Shown: piece after piece, positions 12,558 to 25,582 of the stretch | Position numbering within the stretch: the stretch's first letter is position 1 | Layout: every line of letters begins with the position of its first letter | From: Dendrobates tinctorius | Taxonomy: Eukaryota | Assembly: GCF_039654945.1 (NCBI RefSeq) | Contig: NW_027361693.1 | Coordinates: forward strand, 10,230,001-10,294,000 | Length of the DNA stretch: 64,000 nt | Reading direction: 5' to 3' | Made by a program: the position numbers and the translations under genes | Notes under the pieces: model-generated | Told to the model about the DNA's origin: nothing | The model's input: the letters and a program-made list of their open reading frames with translations, nothing else | Database searches by the model: none

Positions 12558-14040
12558 TACTGCTCAAAAAAATAAAGGGAACACGCAAATAACATATCCT
12601 AGGTCTGAATGAATGAAATTTTCTCATTGAATACTTTGTTCTGTACAAAGTTGAATGTGCTGACAACAAAATCACACAAAAATCATCAATGGAAATCAAA
12701 TTTATTAACCAATGGAGGCCTGGATTTGGAGTCACATACAAGATTAAAGTGGATTGTAGTGTCCTTAAAACAAGTCAAAATAAGGCTCAGTATTGTGTGT
12801 GGCCTCCATGTGCCTGTATGACCGACCTACTGCACAACACCTGGGCATGCTCCTGATGAGGCGGCAAATGATCTCCTGAGGGATCTCCTCCCAGACCTTG
12901 ACTAAAGCAACTGCCAACTCCTGGATAGTCTGTGGTACAATGTGATGTTGGTGGATGGAGCGAGACATGATGTCTCAGATGTGCTAAATTGGATTCAGGT
13001 CAGGGGAACGGAAAGGTCAGTCCATAGCTTCAATGCCTTCATCTTGCGGGAACTGCTGACACACTCCAGCCACATGAGGTCTGGCAATTTCCTGCATTAG
13101 GAGGAACCAAGGGCCAACCGCATCAGCATACTGTATGGTCTCACAAGGGGTCTAAGGATCTCATGTCGGTACCTATTGGCAGTCAGGCTACCTCTGGCAA
13201 GCTCATGGAGGTCTGTGCGGCCTTCCAAAGAAATGCCACCCCACACCATTACTGACCCACTGTCAAACCGGTCATGCTGAAGGATGTTGCAGGCAGCAAA
13301 TCACTTTCTACGGCATCTTCAGACTCTGTCATGTCGGTCACGTATGCTCAGTGTGGGCCTGCTTTCATGTGTAAAGATCACAGGACGCCAGTGGTGAATT
13401 TGCCAGTCCTGGTGTTCTGTGGCAAATGCCAAGTGTCCTGCAGGGTGTTGGGCTGTGAGCTCAACCCCCATCTGAGGATGTCAGACCCTCAGACCATCCT
13501 CATGAAGTCAATTTCTAACCTTTTGTGCAAACACATGCACATTTGTGGCCTGCTGGAGGTCATTTTGCAGGGCTCTGGCAGTGCTCCTCCTGTTCCTCCT
13601 TGCACAAAGGCAGAGGTAGCGGTCCTGCTGCTGTGGTGTTGTCCTCCTACGGCCCCCTCCATGTCTCCTGGTGTACTGGCCTGTCTCCTGGTAGCACCAC
13701 CAGCCTCTGGACACTACGCTGACAGACACAGCAAACCTTCTTGCCACAGCTCGCATTGATGTGCTATCCTGGATGAGCTGCACTACCTGAGCCACTTGTG
13801 TGGGTTGTAGAGTCCATCTCATGCTACTACGAGCACAACTAACATTAAAAAGTGACCAAAACATCAGCCAGGAAGCATTGATACTGAGATGTGGTCTGTG
13901 GTCCCCATCTGCAGAACCACTCCTTTATTGAGTATGCCTTGATAATTGCCAATTTACAGTTTGATTTACTTGGAGTTATATTCTGTTGTTTAAGTATTCT
14001 TTTTATTTCCTCGTGTTATATTTATGCATTGACATATACA

Positions 14041-14043
<3 letters not shown>
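12558..14043 (-). mobile_element. Degenerate Tc1/mariner element
   Basis: TIR tactgctcaaaaaaataaagggaaca; minus-strand remnants [31 protein letters not shown] and QELAVALVKVWEEIPQ...LIRSMPR; TA-repeat flanks; right TIR degraded. Confidence 0.8.
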
Positions 14044-14085
<42 letters not shown>

Positions 14086-15842
14086 CATATACTGTATACT
14101 TACATTACTTGTCTTAACCCTTTGGCTAGCCACATTGCAGCTTTGCTGACCATACATTTTAAAAGATCAATTTATTGAAAACTCATTATAAAATGATGAC
14201 ATGCTGACAGTTTAGATAAATATCGTAAGAGACAGTTCAATAATGAGCCATTTTTCATAACCATACAATACATTGATATTAATTCTATCAGTGTTTCCAT
14301 TTTAATTCCTCTCCTATAATTTGCATCTGAAAACCTCACTTTATCTTCATATACACTACAAGTGCCAGTAATACATATGGCTAGTGTTCTTCTATAGGTA
14401 TTCTACAGACAGGTTTAGATTTATAATGGTTGGTTATAGTAACTATTGATGTAAGTTGAAGTAACATGAATATAAGGCAGAAATATTCTTATATAGGCTA
14501 CAGTACTGAGGTGTATACTGGAGAAAAGGGGTGCTAGTACATACAGTGGGAAAAAAAAAGTATTTAGTCAACCACCAATTGTGCAAGTTCTCCCACTTAA
14601 AAACATGAGAACGACCTGTAATTGACATCATAGGTAGACCACAACTACGAGCGTCAAAATGAGAAAACAAATCCAGAAAATCACCCTATCTGATTTGGCA
14701 AGATTTATTTTTCAACCTATGATGGAAAATAAGCATTTGGTGACGGAAAAACTTGCACGATTTCTGGCTCTCACAAACCTGTAACTTCTTCTTTAAAAGG
14801 CTCTTCTGTCCTCCACTCATTACCTGTAGTAATGGCACCTGTTTGATCTTGTTATCAGTATAAGAGACACCTGTCCACAACCTCAAACAGTCACACTCCA
14901 AACTCCACTATGGTGAAGACCAAAGAGCTGTCGAAGGACACAAGAAACAAAAATGTAGCCCTGGACCAGGCTGGGAAGTCTGAATCTGCAATAGGCAAGC
15001 AGTTTGGTGAGATGAAAATCAATTGTGTTATCAATAATAAGAAAATGGAAGACATACAAGACCACTGATCATCTCCCTCGATCTCGGGCTCCACACAAGA
15101 TCTCACAACGTGGGGTCAAATTGATCACAAGTATGGTGAGCAAAAATCCCATAACCACACATGGGGATCTAGTGAATGACCTGAATAGAGCTGGGACCAC
15201 CATAAAAAAGCTACCATCAGTAACACACTATGCTGCCAGGGACTCAGATCCTGCATTGCCAGACGTGTGCCCCTGCTTAAGCCAGTACATGTCCGGGTCC
15301 ATCTGAAGTTTGCTAGAGAGCATTTGAATTATCCAAAAGAGATTTGGGAGAATGTCATATGGTCTGATGAAACCAAAGTAGAACTGTTTGATAGACACAA
15401 ACAGCGTCGTGTTTGGAGGATACAGAATGCAGAGTTGCATTCAAAGAACACCACACCTACTGTGATGCTTGGGGCTGTTTCTCTGCAAAGGGACCAGTAT
15501 GACTGATCCGTGTATATGAAAGAATGAATGGGGCCATGTATCGTGAGATTTTGAGTGCAAACCTCCTTCCATCAGCAAGGGAATTGAAGATGAAACGTGA
15601 ATGGGTCTTTCAGCATGATAATGATCCCAAGCACACCTCCAGGGCAATGAAGTAGTGGCTTCATAAGAAACATATGAAGGTCCTGGTGTGGCCTAGTCAG
15701 TCTCCAGATCTCAAGCCAATAGAAAAACTTTGGAGGGATTTGAAAGTCAATGTTGCCGAGCAACAGGCCCAAAAAAATCACTGCTCTAGAGGCGATATGC
15801 ATGGAAGAATGGACCAAAATACCACCAACAGTGTGTGCCAAC

Positions 15843-16608
15843 TATTACGCGCCCCGATGCTCACCTGGGGTCCCCCTCCTCCCGGCGCATCCCTCCTTCA
15901 TCCTCGCGCCGTGCCCTGTCTGGCTTTGCAGGGTCACGGCGCGTCAGAGGCACGCACATGCGCACTCGCTCGTTTCTCACCGCGGGGCATCCTGGGAGCA
16001 CGTGACCCGGTGGCTCCGCCCCCAACATGGCGGCGCCCACCGGGTATTTCTGTCTGGCGTCTGGAATGGTAAGACGCCTGTTTGTCTTCCTCTGTGGCGC
16101 TTAGCGTTCCTGCGCAGCGTCGCACCCGACTCTCAGGTCCCCCCTCTCTCTGGTCTGCGCTCTGCTCTCCGCTCCATAGCCCCGACTGGACTCCCGCTCA
16201 GTCCCCTCTGCTGCTTCCGTGCCTGTACCTCGCCTGGTCCTTCTCTGCTCCTGTCACCGGTGGTTCCTTAGCTAGGGTTCCGTCCTCACCCCTAGGTCAG
16301 TCCCCCCTAACCTTTCTTCCTTCTTTCTTCCAGCGTTCCTGCTCTGGCTCCATCCTGATCGGTCCTGGTTCCCTACGTTCTGTCTCCCTCCTGCTCCGGG
16401 CCTACTCTAGTCAGTATCCTTTGGCCTTTCCCTCTGTACACTCCCTGGGTCGTCCCTTTGGTTCCGGCTGTCGTGGTCTCACCCCCCTTGGGCCTGCCCC
16501 TAACACTCCCTGTATAGGGGGTGGTCATCACCTGGGCCGCTCGCCCTCGGGGGCTCTGGAGCCATGACCCAGAGGGTCCACTCTCCGGTTCCTACTAGAA
16601 TCGTAACA
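15843..16608 (+). repeat. 5' LTR
   Basis: tattacg...cgtaaca; near-identical to 20881-21646 (about five differences by eye). Confidence 0.95.
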
Positions 16609-16621
16609 GAACAAACAGGCC

Positions 16622-17629
16622 ATGGACCCCGCTGGAGCCGCTGCGGCTCAAAAGGAGTTGCTGTTTTTGTGAGAGAATCAAACTCGTATCATGGCTTTCA
16701 TGAAATCCATGGATTCTCGTCTTTCTGGGCTCCAGTCCTCTGACCATGGGAATGCCTCCCAACTGGCTGGACTGCAGCAGGAACTGGCCCAGCAAAGAGA
16801 TACCCAGACCCATATCCTTAGTTATATGGCCTCCATAGATGACCGCTTACTCTCCTTACAGTCGGCCGCTGCAGCCCCCGTTCCAGCCCAGGCGCCTCAC
16901 CCGCCACCCCGTTTAGCTAAGCCGCCCCGCTATAACGGGGATCCGTGCCGAGGTTTCCTGAATCAATGCCGCCTCCATTTCGAACTCCTGCCCCTGCAAT
17001 ATCCCACTGAGCGGGCTAAGGTGGCTTTTATTGTCTCCCATCTTGAGGGAGACGCTTTAGCGTGGGTTAACCCCCTCTGGGAACGTGATGATCCGGTAGT
17101 CACCCAGCTAGGTACTTTCTTTGAGACGTTTCGTCGAGTGTTCGACGAGCCGGGTCGCCTGGCCTCTACTACGGAATCTTTATTTAACCTCCACCAAGGG
17201 TCCCAAACCGTGGGTCAGTATGCCATCCGATTCCGAACCTTATCTTCTGATTTGGGATGGAATAACGAGGCCTTGGTAGGGGCCTTTTGGCGAGGCCTCG
17301 CGGGTCGAATTAAGGATGAGTTAGCTGGGCGGGATACTCCCACTGCCTTAGAAGATCTCATTTCGCTAGCTACACGTATCGACCTTCGGTTCCAGGAACG
17401 TGCTCGCGAGAGGAGACTTCCCCGTGCCTCCCCAACTATCCGCGCTCTACCCTGTCTTCGACCCGGAATATCCGCTTCTGTTTCCATGCCAGAACCCATG
17501 CAAGTATACCGGCTTAAGGTATCTGCACAACGCCGGGAGGAAAGACGCACTCACGGTCTCTGCTTCTACTGTGGTAGTGACTCCCATCTGGTCCGTACCT
17601 GCCCGGAACGTCCGGAAAACTCCGCCTAG
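16622..17629 (+). pseudogene. Gypsy gag (PEG10/RTL1-like capsid, CCHC knuckle); premature TGA at 16670-16672, remaining ORF from 16691
   Basis: ATG 16622 in frame with 16691; PPRYNGDPCRGFLNQC, QGSQTVGQYAIRF, PEPMQV, CFYCGSDSHLVRTC. Confidence 0.9.
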
Positions 17630-20600
17630 GTCAGGTAAGAGAGGCCTCCCTAGGTGTGTATGATACCTCTCTACCCCTCACTCTGTCTGTCTTGTTGCAC
17701 GTTGGTGGAAAACGTTTTTCTCTGGCCGCCTATGTGGATTCCGGCGCAGCGGGAAATTTTATTAGGCTCGAAGAGGTTCTTAAATTTTCGGTCCCGGTCA
17801 AGACCGTAGAAACTCCACGGATCCTTGCTTCCGTGGATGGTAAACCTCTCCAAGAGACCATTACCTTGGTCACCCATGAGGTAGAACTCCAGGTAAGGGC
17901 CCTACACAAGGAGAGGATCGCTTTTTATGTCCTAGCGAGCATCTCTCACCCTATCCTTCTAGGCCTTCCCTGGTTACGAGCCCACAGCCCTACCTTAGAC
18001 TGGCATAAGGGTAATATCCTGCGCTGGGGGGAGTCCTGTGGGTCTAGGTGTCTGCTGCCGGTGCGTCCCGTGGGTGGTTCTCCTTCCCCCTCCTTACCCC
18101 CCCGGGTTGCCCATTGCTTACAGCTCTTTTTCGGATGTTTTTGACAAGAGGGAGGCCGAGAACCTTCCGCCTCACCGACCCTATGATTGCCCCATCGAGC
18201 TCGTCCCTGGAGCCACCCCTCCGCGGGGTAGGATTTATCCGCTCTCGCCGGCAGAGACGCAAGCCATGTCGGAATACGTGCAAGAGAACTTAGCCAAGGG
18301 TTTCATACAGAAGTCTTCCTCCCCTGCGGGCGCAGGCTTCTTTTTTGTCAAGAAGAAGGACGGGTCGCTCCGTCCGTGCATTGATTACAGAGGTCTGAAC
18401 AGCATCACGATTAAGAACAAGTACCCGTTACCCCTCATCCCCGAACTCTTTGATCGCCTGAGAGGGGCGCAAATATTTACCAAACTTGATCTTCGAGGAG
18501 CCTATAACTTGGTCCGAATTCGCGCTGGGGATGAGTGGAAGACCGCATTCAACACCCGTGACGGTCACTATGAATACCTGGTGATGCCGTTTGGCCTCTG
18601 TAACGCACCAGCGGTATTCCAGGAGCTCGTTAACGATATTTTTCGGGATCTCCTTTACTCCTGTGTCGTGGTTTATCTCGACGACATTCTTGTCTTCTCT
18701 CCAGATCTCTCCACCCATCGACGAGATGCACGGCAAGTGTTGCAGCGTCTAAGGGAGAACCACCTATTTGCCAAGTTGGAGAAATGCGCCTTCAAACAAC
18801 CGTCCCTGCCGTTCCTTGGGTATATCGTTTCGAAGTCTGGATTGAGGATGGATCCCGAGAAAGTGTCCACGATCCTGGCCTGGCCCCGTCCCCTTGGTCT
18901 CAAAGCCATTCAACGCTTTCTCGGCTTTGCTAACTATTATAGGCAATTCGTTCCTCATTTTTCCACCATAACCAAGCCCATCTCTGCTCTTGTGCGCAAA
19001 GGAGTCAATCCCCGCCTCTGGCCTCCCGAGGCAGAAGACGCCTTTCAAACTCTGAAGAGAGAATTCGCTACAGCGCCCGTTCTCCACCGTCCTGATGCCA
19101 AGAGACCCTTCATTCTCGAGGTCGACGCATCCTCCGTGGGAGCGGGGGCGGTTCTCCTGCAAAGAACCTCCTCTGGCCGGACTGTCACCTGTGGGTTCTT
19201 TTCTAAAGCCTTTTCTCCCCCCGAACGCAATTACTCCATTGGGGACAAGGAACTACTGGCAATCAAACTGGCTTTAGAGGAATGGCGTTACCTTCTCGAA
19301 GGAGCGGTCCATCCCTTTACGATATTTACCGACCACAAGAATTTGGCCTATGTTCAGTCTGCCCAAAGGCTCAATCCCCGGCAAGCCCGATGGTCCCTAT
19401 TTTTTGGACGCTTTGATTTCGAGCTCCGCTTTCGTCCGGGTAATAAGAATATCAGAGCTGATGCCTTATCAAGATCATTTCTCCCGACCGATGAAGAGGA
19501 GAGCTCCGCTCACATCATCGATCCAGCAAAGATCGTCACCCTAGCCCCTCTAAGTTTGGTCAACCCACCACCAGGCAAGACCTTGGTATTGGACCATGAC
19601 AGAGTAAGGGTTCTGCACTGGGGACACTCTTCTAAGATCGCCGGGCATGTCGGAGCCAAGAGTACTCTATCCCTCATCTCCCGCCATTATTGGTGGCCTT
19701 CACTCCGCCAGGATGTCCTGGAATTTACCGCTTCTTGCTCATCCTGCGCCCAGAATAAGATTCCACGACAGCTACCCTCTGGTCTCTTACATCCTTTGCC
19801 GGTTCCATCAGTTCCCTGGAGCCACATCGCCATGGATTTCGTCACGGATCTACCTCCATCTTCCGGCTGCTCTGTCATTTTGGTGGTGGTAGACCGTTTT
19901 TCCAAAATGGCTCATTTCATCCCGCTACCTGGTCTGCCTTCTGCGCCCGAGTTGGCGAAGATCTTCGTGCATCATGTTTTCCGACTTCATGGTTTTCCCC
20001 AGCACATCGTGTCTGACCGTGGTGTTCAATTCACCTCTCGTTTCTGGAGAGCTCTCTCTAGCTCAATGGGGGTAGTCCTGGACTTCTCCTCCGCCTATCA
20101 TCCACAATCCAACGGCCAAGTGGAGCGGATCAATCAGGTGTTAACCACTTATCTTCGACATTTTTCTAATGCACACCAAAGTAACTGGGTCTCACTGCTA
20201 CCCTGGGCGGAATTTGCTCACAACAATCACCCCAACGAGTCCTCTTCCAAGTCTCCCTTTTTTGTAGTTTTTGGGCAGCATCCGGGCATTCCTCTTCCCG
20301 TGTCCCCCACCTCGGGCGTGCCGGCGGCGGACTCCTTGTCCTCAGAATTCTCTAAAATTTGGAAGGAGACTAAGACGTCCCTTGAGAGAGCTAGCGATCG
20401 GATGAAAAGATACGCCGACAAGAGGCGCCTGGACACCCCTCCTTATCATCCAGGCGATAAGGTCTGGCTGTCCTCACGCTTACTCCGACTTAAAATCACC
20501 TCTTATAAGTTAGGTCCACGTTACGTTGGTCCCTTTGAGGTTTTGACTCGCATCAATGATGTAACCTATAAACTAAAATTGCCTGCCTCCCTGCGGATCC

Positions 20601-21043
20601 CCAACACTTTCCATGTCTCGCTTCTCAAACCCACAGTGTTTAATCGCTTTCAGCCAGCCTCGTCCCACGCTCCGCAACCTAGCTCCGCTGGGGACGTCTT
20701 TGATGTCAGGGACATCCTGGCAAAGAAGACCGTTCGAGGTAGAACCTTCTTTCTGGTAGATTGGGAGGGATTCGGTCCTGAGGAAAGGTCATGGGAGCCC
20801 CGGGAGAACATCAATGCTCCTCATATCATGAGAAGGTTTCTATCCCGCCTGAAGAAGGAGGGGAGTAAGAGAGGGGGTACTATTACGCGCCCCGATGCTC
20901 ACCTGGGGTCCCCCTCCTCCCGGCGCGTCCCTCCTTCATCCTCGCGCCGTGCCCTGTCTGGCTTTGCAGGGTCACGGCGCGTCAGAGGCACGCACATGCG
21001 CACTCGCTCGTTTCTCACCGCGGGGCATCCTGGGAGCACGTGA
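17612..21043 (+). pseudogene. Gypsy pol (protease, RT, RNase H, integrase, chromodomain) with one frameshift near 18100
   Basis: VDSGAAGNFI protease in -1 frame to gag; LRPCIDYRGLN, YLDD, EVDAS, TDHKNL, HHCC, SDRGVQF, NGQVER, GPF, chromodomain FLVDWEGFGPEERSWEP. Confidence 0.92.
20851..20878 (+). other. Polypurine tract
   Basis: gaagaaggaggggagtaagagagggggt immediately before the 3' LTR. Confidence 0.85.
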
Positions 21044-21646
21044 CCCGGTGGCTCCGCCCCCAACATGGCGGCGCCCACCGGATATTTCTGTCTGGCGTCT
21101 GGAATGGTAAGACACCTGTTTGTCTTCCTCTGTGGCGCTTAGCGTTCCTGCGCAGCGTCGCACCCGACTCTCAGGTCCCCCCTCTCTCTGGTCTGCGCTC
21201 TGCTCTCCGCTCCATAGCCCCGACTGGACTCCCGCTCAGTCCCCTCTGCTGCTTCCGTGCCTGTACCTCGCCTGGTCCTTCTCTGCTCCTGTCACCGGTG
21301 GTTCCTTAGCTAGGGTTCCGTCCTCACCCCTAGGTCAGTCCCCCCTAACCTTTCTTCCTTCTTTCTTCCAGCGTTCCTGCTCTGGCTCCATCCTGATCGG
21401 TCCTGGTTCCCTACGTTCTGTCTCCCTCCTGCTCCGGGCCTACTCTAGTCAGTATCCTTTGGCTTTTCCCTCTGTACACTCCCTGGGTCGTCCCTTTGGT
21501 TCCGGCTGTCGTGGTCTCACCCCCCTTGGGCCTGCCCCTAACACTCCCTGTATAGGGGGTGGTCATCACCTGGGCCGCTCGCCCTCGGGGGCTCTGGAGC
21601 CACGACCCAGAGGGTCCACTCTCCGGTTCCTACTAGAATCGTAACA
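20881..21646 (+). repeat. 3' LTR
   Basis: Copy of 15843-16608 at offset 5038. Confidence 0.95.
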
Positions 21647-24600
21647 CCAACCTTGTGACGACCAACAGAAAATGTTTGACCTCTGTCATTGCCAACAAAG
21701 GATATATAACAAAATACTTTTGTTAATGACCAAATACTTATTTTCCACCATAGTTTGAAAAATAAATCTTGCCAAATCAGACAAGGTGATTTTCTGGATT
21801 TGTTTTGTTCATTTTGACTCTCATAGTTGTGGTCTACCTATGATGTCAAATACAGGCCTCTGTCAGCTTTTTAAGTGGAAGAACTAGCACAATTGATGGC
21901 TGACTAAATACTTTTTTTTTCCCACTATAGCTTTTAGTAAGACACAGAGTAAAAGAATTGAAGAAAAAAATGCTTTTTGTTTGTACAAATTTTTTGCAAT
22001 GTATCCATAGGAACTAACAGGATAGATTGATTACGTTTGTACCTAATTGTGTTCGAGGTCTGAAACATAGTTTTTCCTGTTGTTTTTATTTTTTATACTG
22101 TAACATATCTCTATAAAGTAGGATTAAACTGAAGTAGCTCACAACTAATTATACAAATTCTACTGTGCAGCATAATAAAAGGGTTGGAATTTCCCTTGTA
22201 TACATTTTTGATGGTTTAATTCTACCACCAGCAGAACATAAAGAAATATCAAGTCTATTTTATATTATTTCTACTGTCAAATAAATATGCAAATTTTATT
22301 CATCAAAGTACTAAATTTATACTGTCTGGCATGGCTTTAGCTCTCATCACTGGTAATGGCAGCATACTATGCATTTCAAATACGGCATTCTACAATTTTG
22401 AGAACAAATGGCATAGAATGAACATAATCTATCTAGAATATAAAGAGGATGAAATACAAACCTGAAATAATAATTTGACTATTATTCTGTTCGAGTGCAT
22501 GTGTTATTAAAACAAGGAACTGTGTTTTATACTTGGAAACATTTTGAAAGGACTTTTTCTCCTTGATACCAAGTAACAAGAGAAATCTTGAAATAACTAC
22601 ATGTACTGTACATCGTCTGATCAGTAATTGCATCAGTCATTGCAGTACATCTACTAACAGCTGAACTGTATAACATTGACTAACTTTACAATGTTCCTGA
22701 TGAAGGCTCAGATATTTTGGGCCTCAGAGTTTGAAGTTTCACACAAGTTTTCTCCAAAATTTGAATAGCTTTAAATCAGTTTACATCAGATTGCAATTAC
22801 TCTAACTGCAATTAATAGATGCCTATAGCACTCTAAGGTTTCCAAGGACTTTATTCAGCACTTTCAAGTAATTTATCTCCATAGCAGCCTTAGTAATGTC
22901 AAAGTGACCAAAACGTATTTGGCTATTTGCAAATGGATGAAAACCTTTATTCACGGTTGTGCTGTCACGCACTATCTGTATAGTTTCTTCAGTGTTTTAT
23001 GGTTTTCTCTTAATGTTTCTATTTTCTATTTCATTTCACTATCCAGAGTCACTATAAAATGGATGCAGCATTTTCTACTTTTGTTGTATACAAGCTATGA
23101 CATGCTATATCACATGATATGGTTGGTTTAAGGCATTGTGGGGAAGCACATCCAGTTGTACTAGAGATCAAACTTTCTGATTAATATAATATTCTTCAAT
23201 GTGCAAATTAGAAGCAACCAGTTTAGGCAATTTGTGCAAATCAAATCACAAATTGTTCACATTTGCAGTGTTTAGGAAATTCCAAAAAAAATCAACACAT
23301 ATTTGATTCAAAAGTAATTAATTAGCTCATCTCTATTAGTAGCTACTAAAAGTGGATGAAGACAAAAACACTAGTGACTCTTTCATGGTAGGATATTGTG
23401 CCCTACCATACTGCAGAAAAACTTACAGAATGGATTCAGAGCAAGGAAATTAGGGCGTTGATTTGGCATCCATATTGTATTCATCAAAATTTGATCCACA
23501 ATCTATAAAGTAATCAATCCATGTAGACCACAACTTACAGTATCTAAAGTATTTGTTTTTTCACCCACACAAGAGTAAGCTTAATTTTAGTGCTATTAAA
23601 ATGTTGTTAATTTTGATTTTATTGTTATGGCTGATCTAAGTTTTTATTATAAGAAAACAAGTACTGTTGAAGAGAAAAGGATACAGTCTGCTCTACTAAT
23701 AGATCCACATTAAATGCCAAAACCCACTGGTGTACTGTGTGGAAAATATTCTAGTAAATGGTCAAAAGTTGTTCCGTATGTGCATCTCTATTAAAATTGC
23801 ATGGGAAGCACCCACAAAAATTATTAATATGAGTTATTGTGAGTAATTTTCCTACAGAAGGCTGATGTGGGTAAAAATGCACTACAACTAGAGATGAGTG
23901 ACTTTGCCATTTTTAGGGTCGAGTCGAGTTTCATGAAACCCGACTTTCTCAAATGTCGGGTTTAACGAAATTGGCTGACTATAGGGAAATGTCGGGGGTC
24001 CGACTGAAACACGAAATCCAATGCAAGTCAATGGGGAAGCAAAGTCGCCAGGGAGTGGAGGACAGTAAACACACCTACAGTGCCCATTTCAATGCCAAAA
24101 AAATCAATTCTTATTACTGAAGCTTGTCACCCTTATTGTGCTTTATAATAATAGTTACGCACTGAAAACTGGGGAATATTTGGATAAAGTTGTGGGGGGG
24201 TAGGGCTGGCTCCAGGATTTCATGTGCCCTGGGCCAAAGAGCGCCCCTTTAACACAAACCACAACTCATGATGCTCCGATACAGCACAGAAATATAGGTA
24301 TAGTACAATGACAAATACTTCACTGCTTACATGACATGACTGATCTATTTTAAATTCTACAATAGCTCAAAAAAAGGACAGTATATTACTCCATACAGTA
24401 TTATGGCCACCACATTGTGCGCCATACAGAATAATGAGCCCCATATATTTCTCCATACAGAATATTTGGTCACATATAATGTTCCATACAGCATATGATG
24501 AGCTCCACATAATGCTACCGTATATGATGGTCCCCATGGATGATGCTCCAGTGTGTTATGGGCCCAAATAATGCTCCATATATAATAGGACCCATTTCTA

Positions 24601-25582
24601 ATGTTCCAGTGTATAATGTGCCCCATAGGTGCTGCTGCAGTGTCTGATCTGCCCCATTTTGAATGCTCCAGTATATGATGGCTCCATTTTTAATTAACCC
24701 AGGCATGGTATGTGAAAAGAGCTACATGGAGTAATCTGAAGTGTGTGCTGCCGCATCCTTAACTTTTGGTGTGGGTGAAGGGCACAAGGAAAGTGGTTGC
24801 TCCTGACCAGAAGCCTGCACTTACGACTCAGTGCTTGCATTTTTTTTAATCTTAAGAAGAGGAGGCGATAGAGCTGGAGGCTGTTTCAGCAATGTAAGCC
24901 AAAAACAGTTCCTGATGCTCCGGCTTTAAAAGCAGTCTACATACTCCCATAAAATGGAGCCTTATAGGCCTTCCAGAGCTACACCATGACACAGGCTCAA
25001 CACCTCCTGCCTTAGCTGCTATTGTGCTTTTGGCACTACCAGCAGATGCACCACCACCATCAGTATCAGGTGGCCCCCCATGCCCACGTCCACATCCTCT
25101 TCCACCATACTTCCTCATGTTTTAGAAAATTGAGACCAAAATACCAGCAGATATATGGTACTGTATCAGAAGCGTACAGCTCTATACAGTCTAGGGATAA
25201 CAGTAAATCTCCGTATATATTTCATGAATCATACACAGACGCTCACAGGCTCAGTATGGATTACCCAATAAAATAAAAAGGTGAAAAATTGTACAGTATC
25301 ACCAGATGCAAGGTATATATAGTATAGTGTAAACATTCTGAATCTCTGAATACATTTCAGGAGGCAGACACAAATGCTCTCAGGCCCAGTATGGAGTACA
25401 CAAGAATATGAAAAGCTGTAAATGGGTAATGTAACACAAGCATACACCTGTATACAGTGTTGGGCAAATTTGAAATCTCTATATATTTCTGGAGTCACCC
25501 TCAGACGCTCACTCAGTCTGGGTTTGACCATAATAAAAAATGTTGTAAAAAAGGTACTGGATAACAAAATAGCAAGTATATA

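Larger units (their letters stand above)
15843..21646 (+). mobile_element. Full-length Ty3/Gypsy chromovirus (sushi/Tf1-like) LTR retrotransposon
   Basis: Two 766-bp LTRs, 5-bp TSD CCAAC (15838-15842, 21647-21651), gag-pro-RT-RH-IN-chromodomain order. Confidence 0.97.
14544..21927 (+). mobile_element. Tc1 element ([14 protein letters not shown] family), inactivated and split by a Gypsy insertion
   Basis: TIRs cagtgggaaaaaaaaagtatttagtca / tgactaaatactttttttttcccacta with TA flanks; transposase remnants from 14909 ([21 protein letters not shown]) resume at 21647. Confidence 0.9.

Noticed and set aside
16691-21043. Domesticated PEG10/RTL1 gene
   Set aside because: Has near-identical LTRs, a TSD and a PPT and interrupts a Tc1: a recent retrotransposon.
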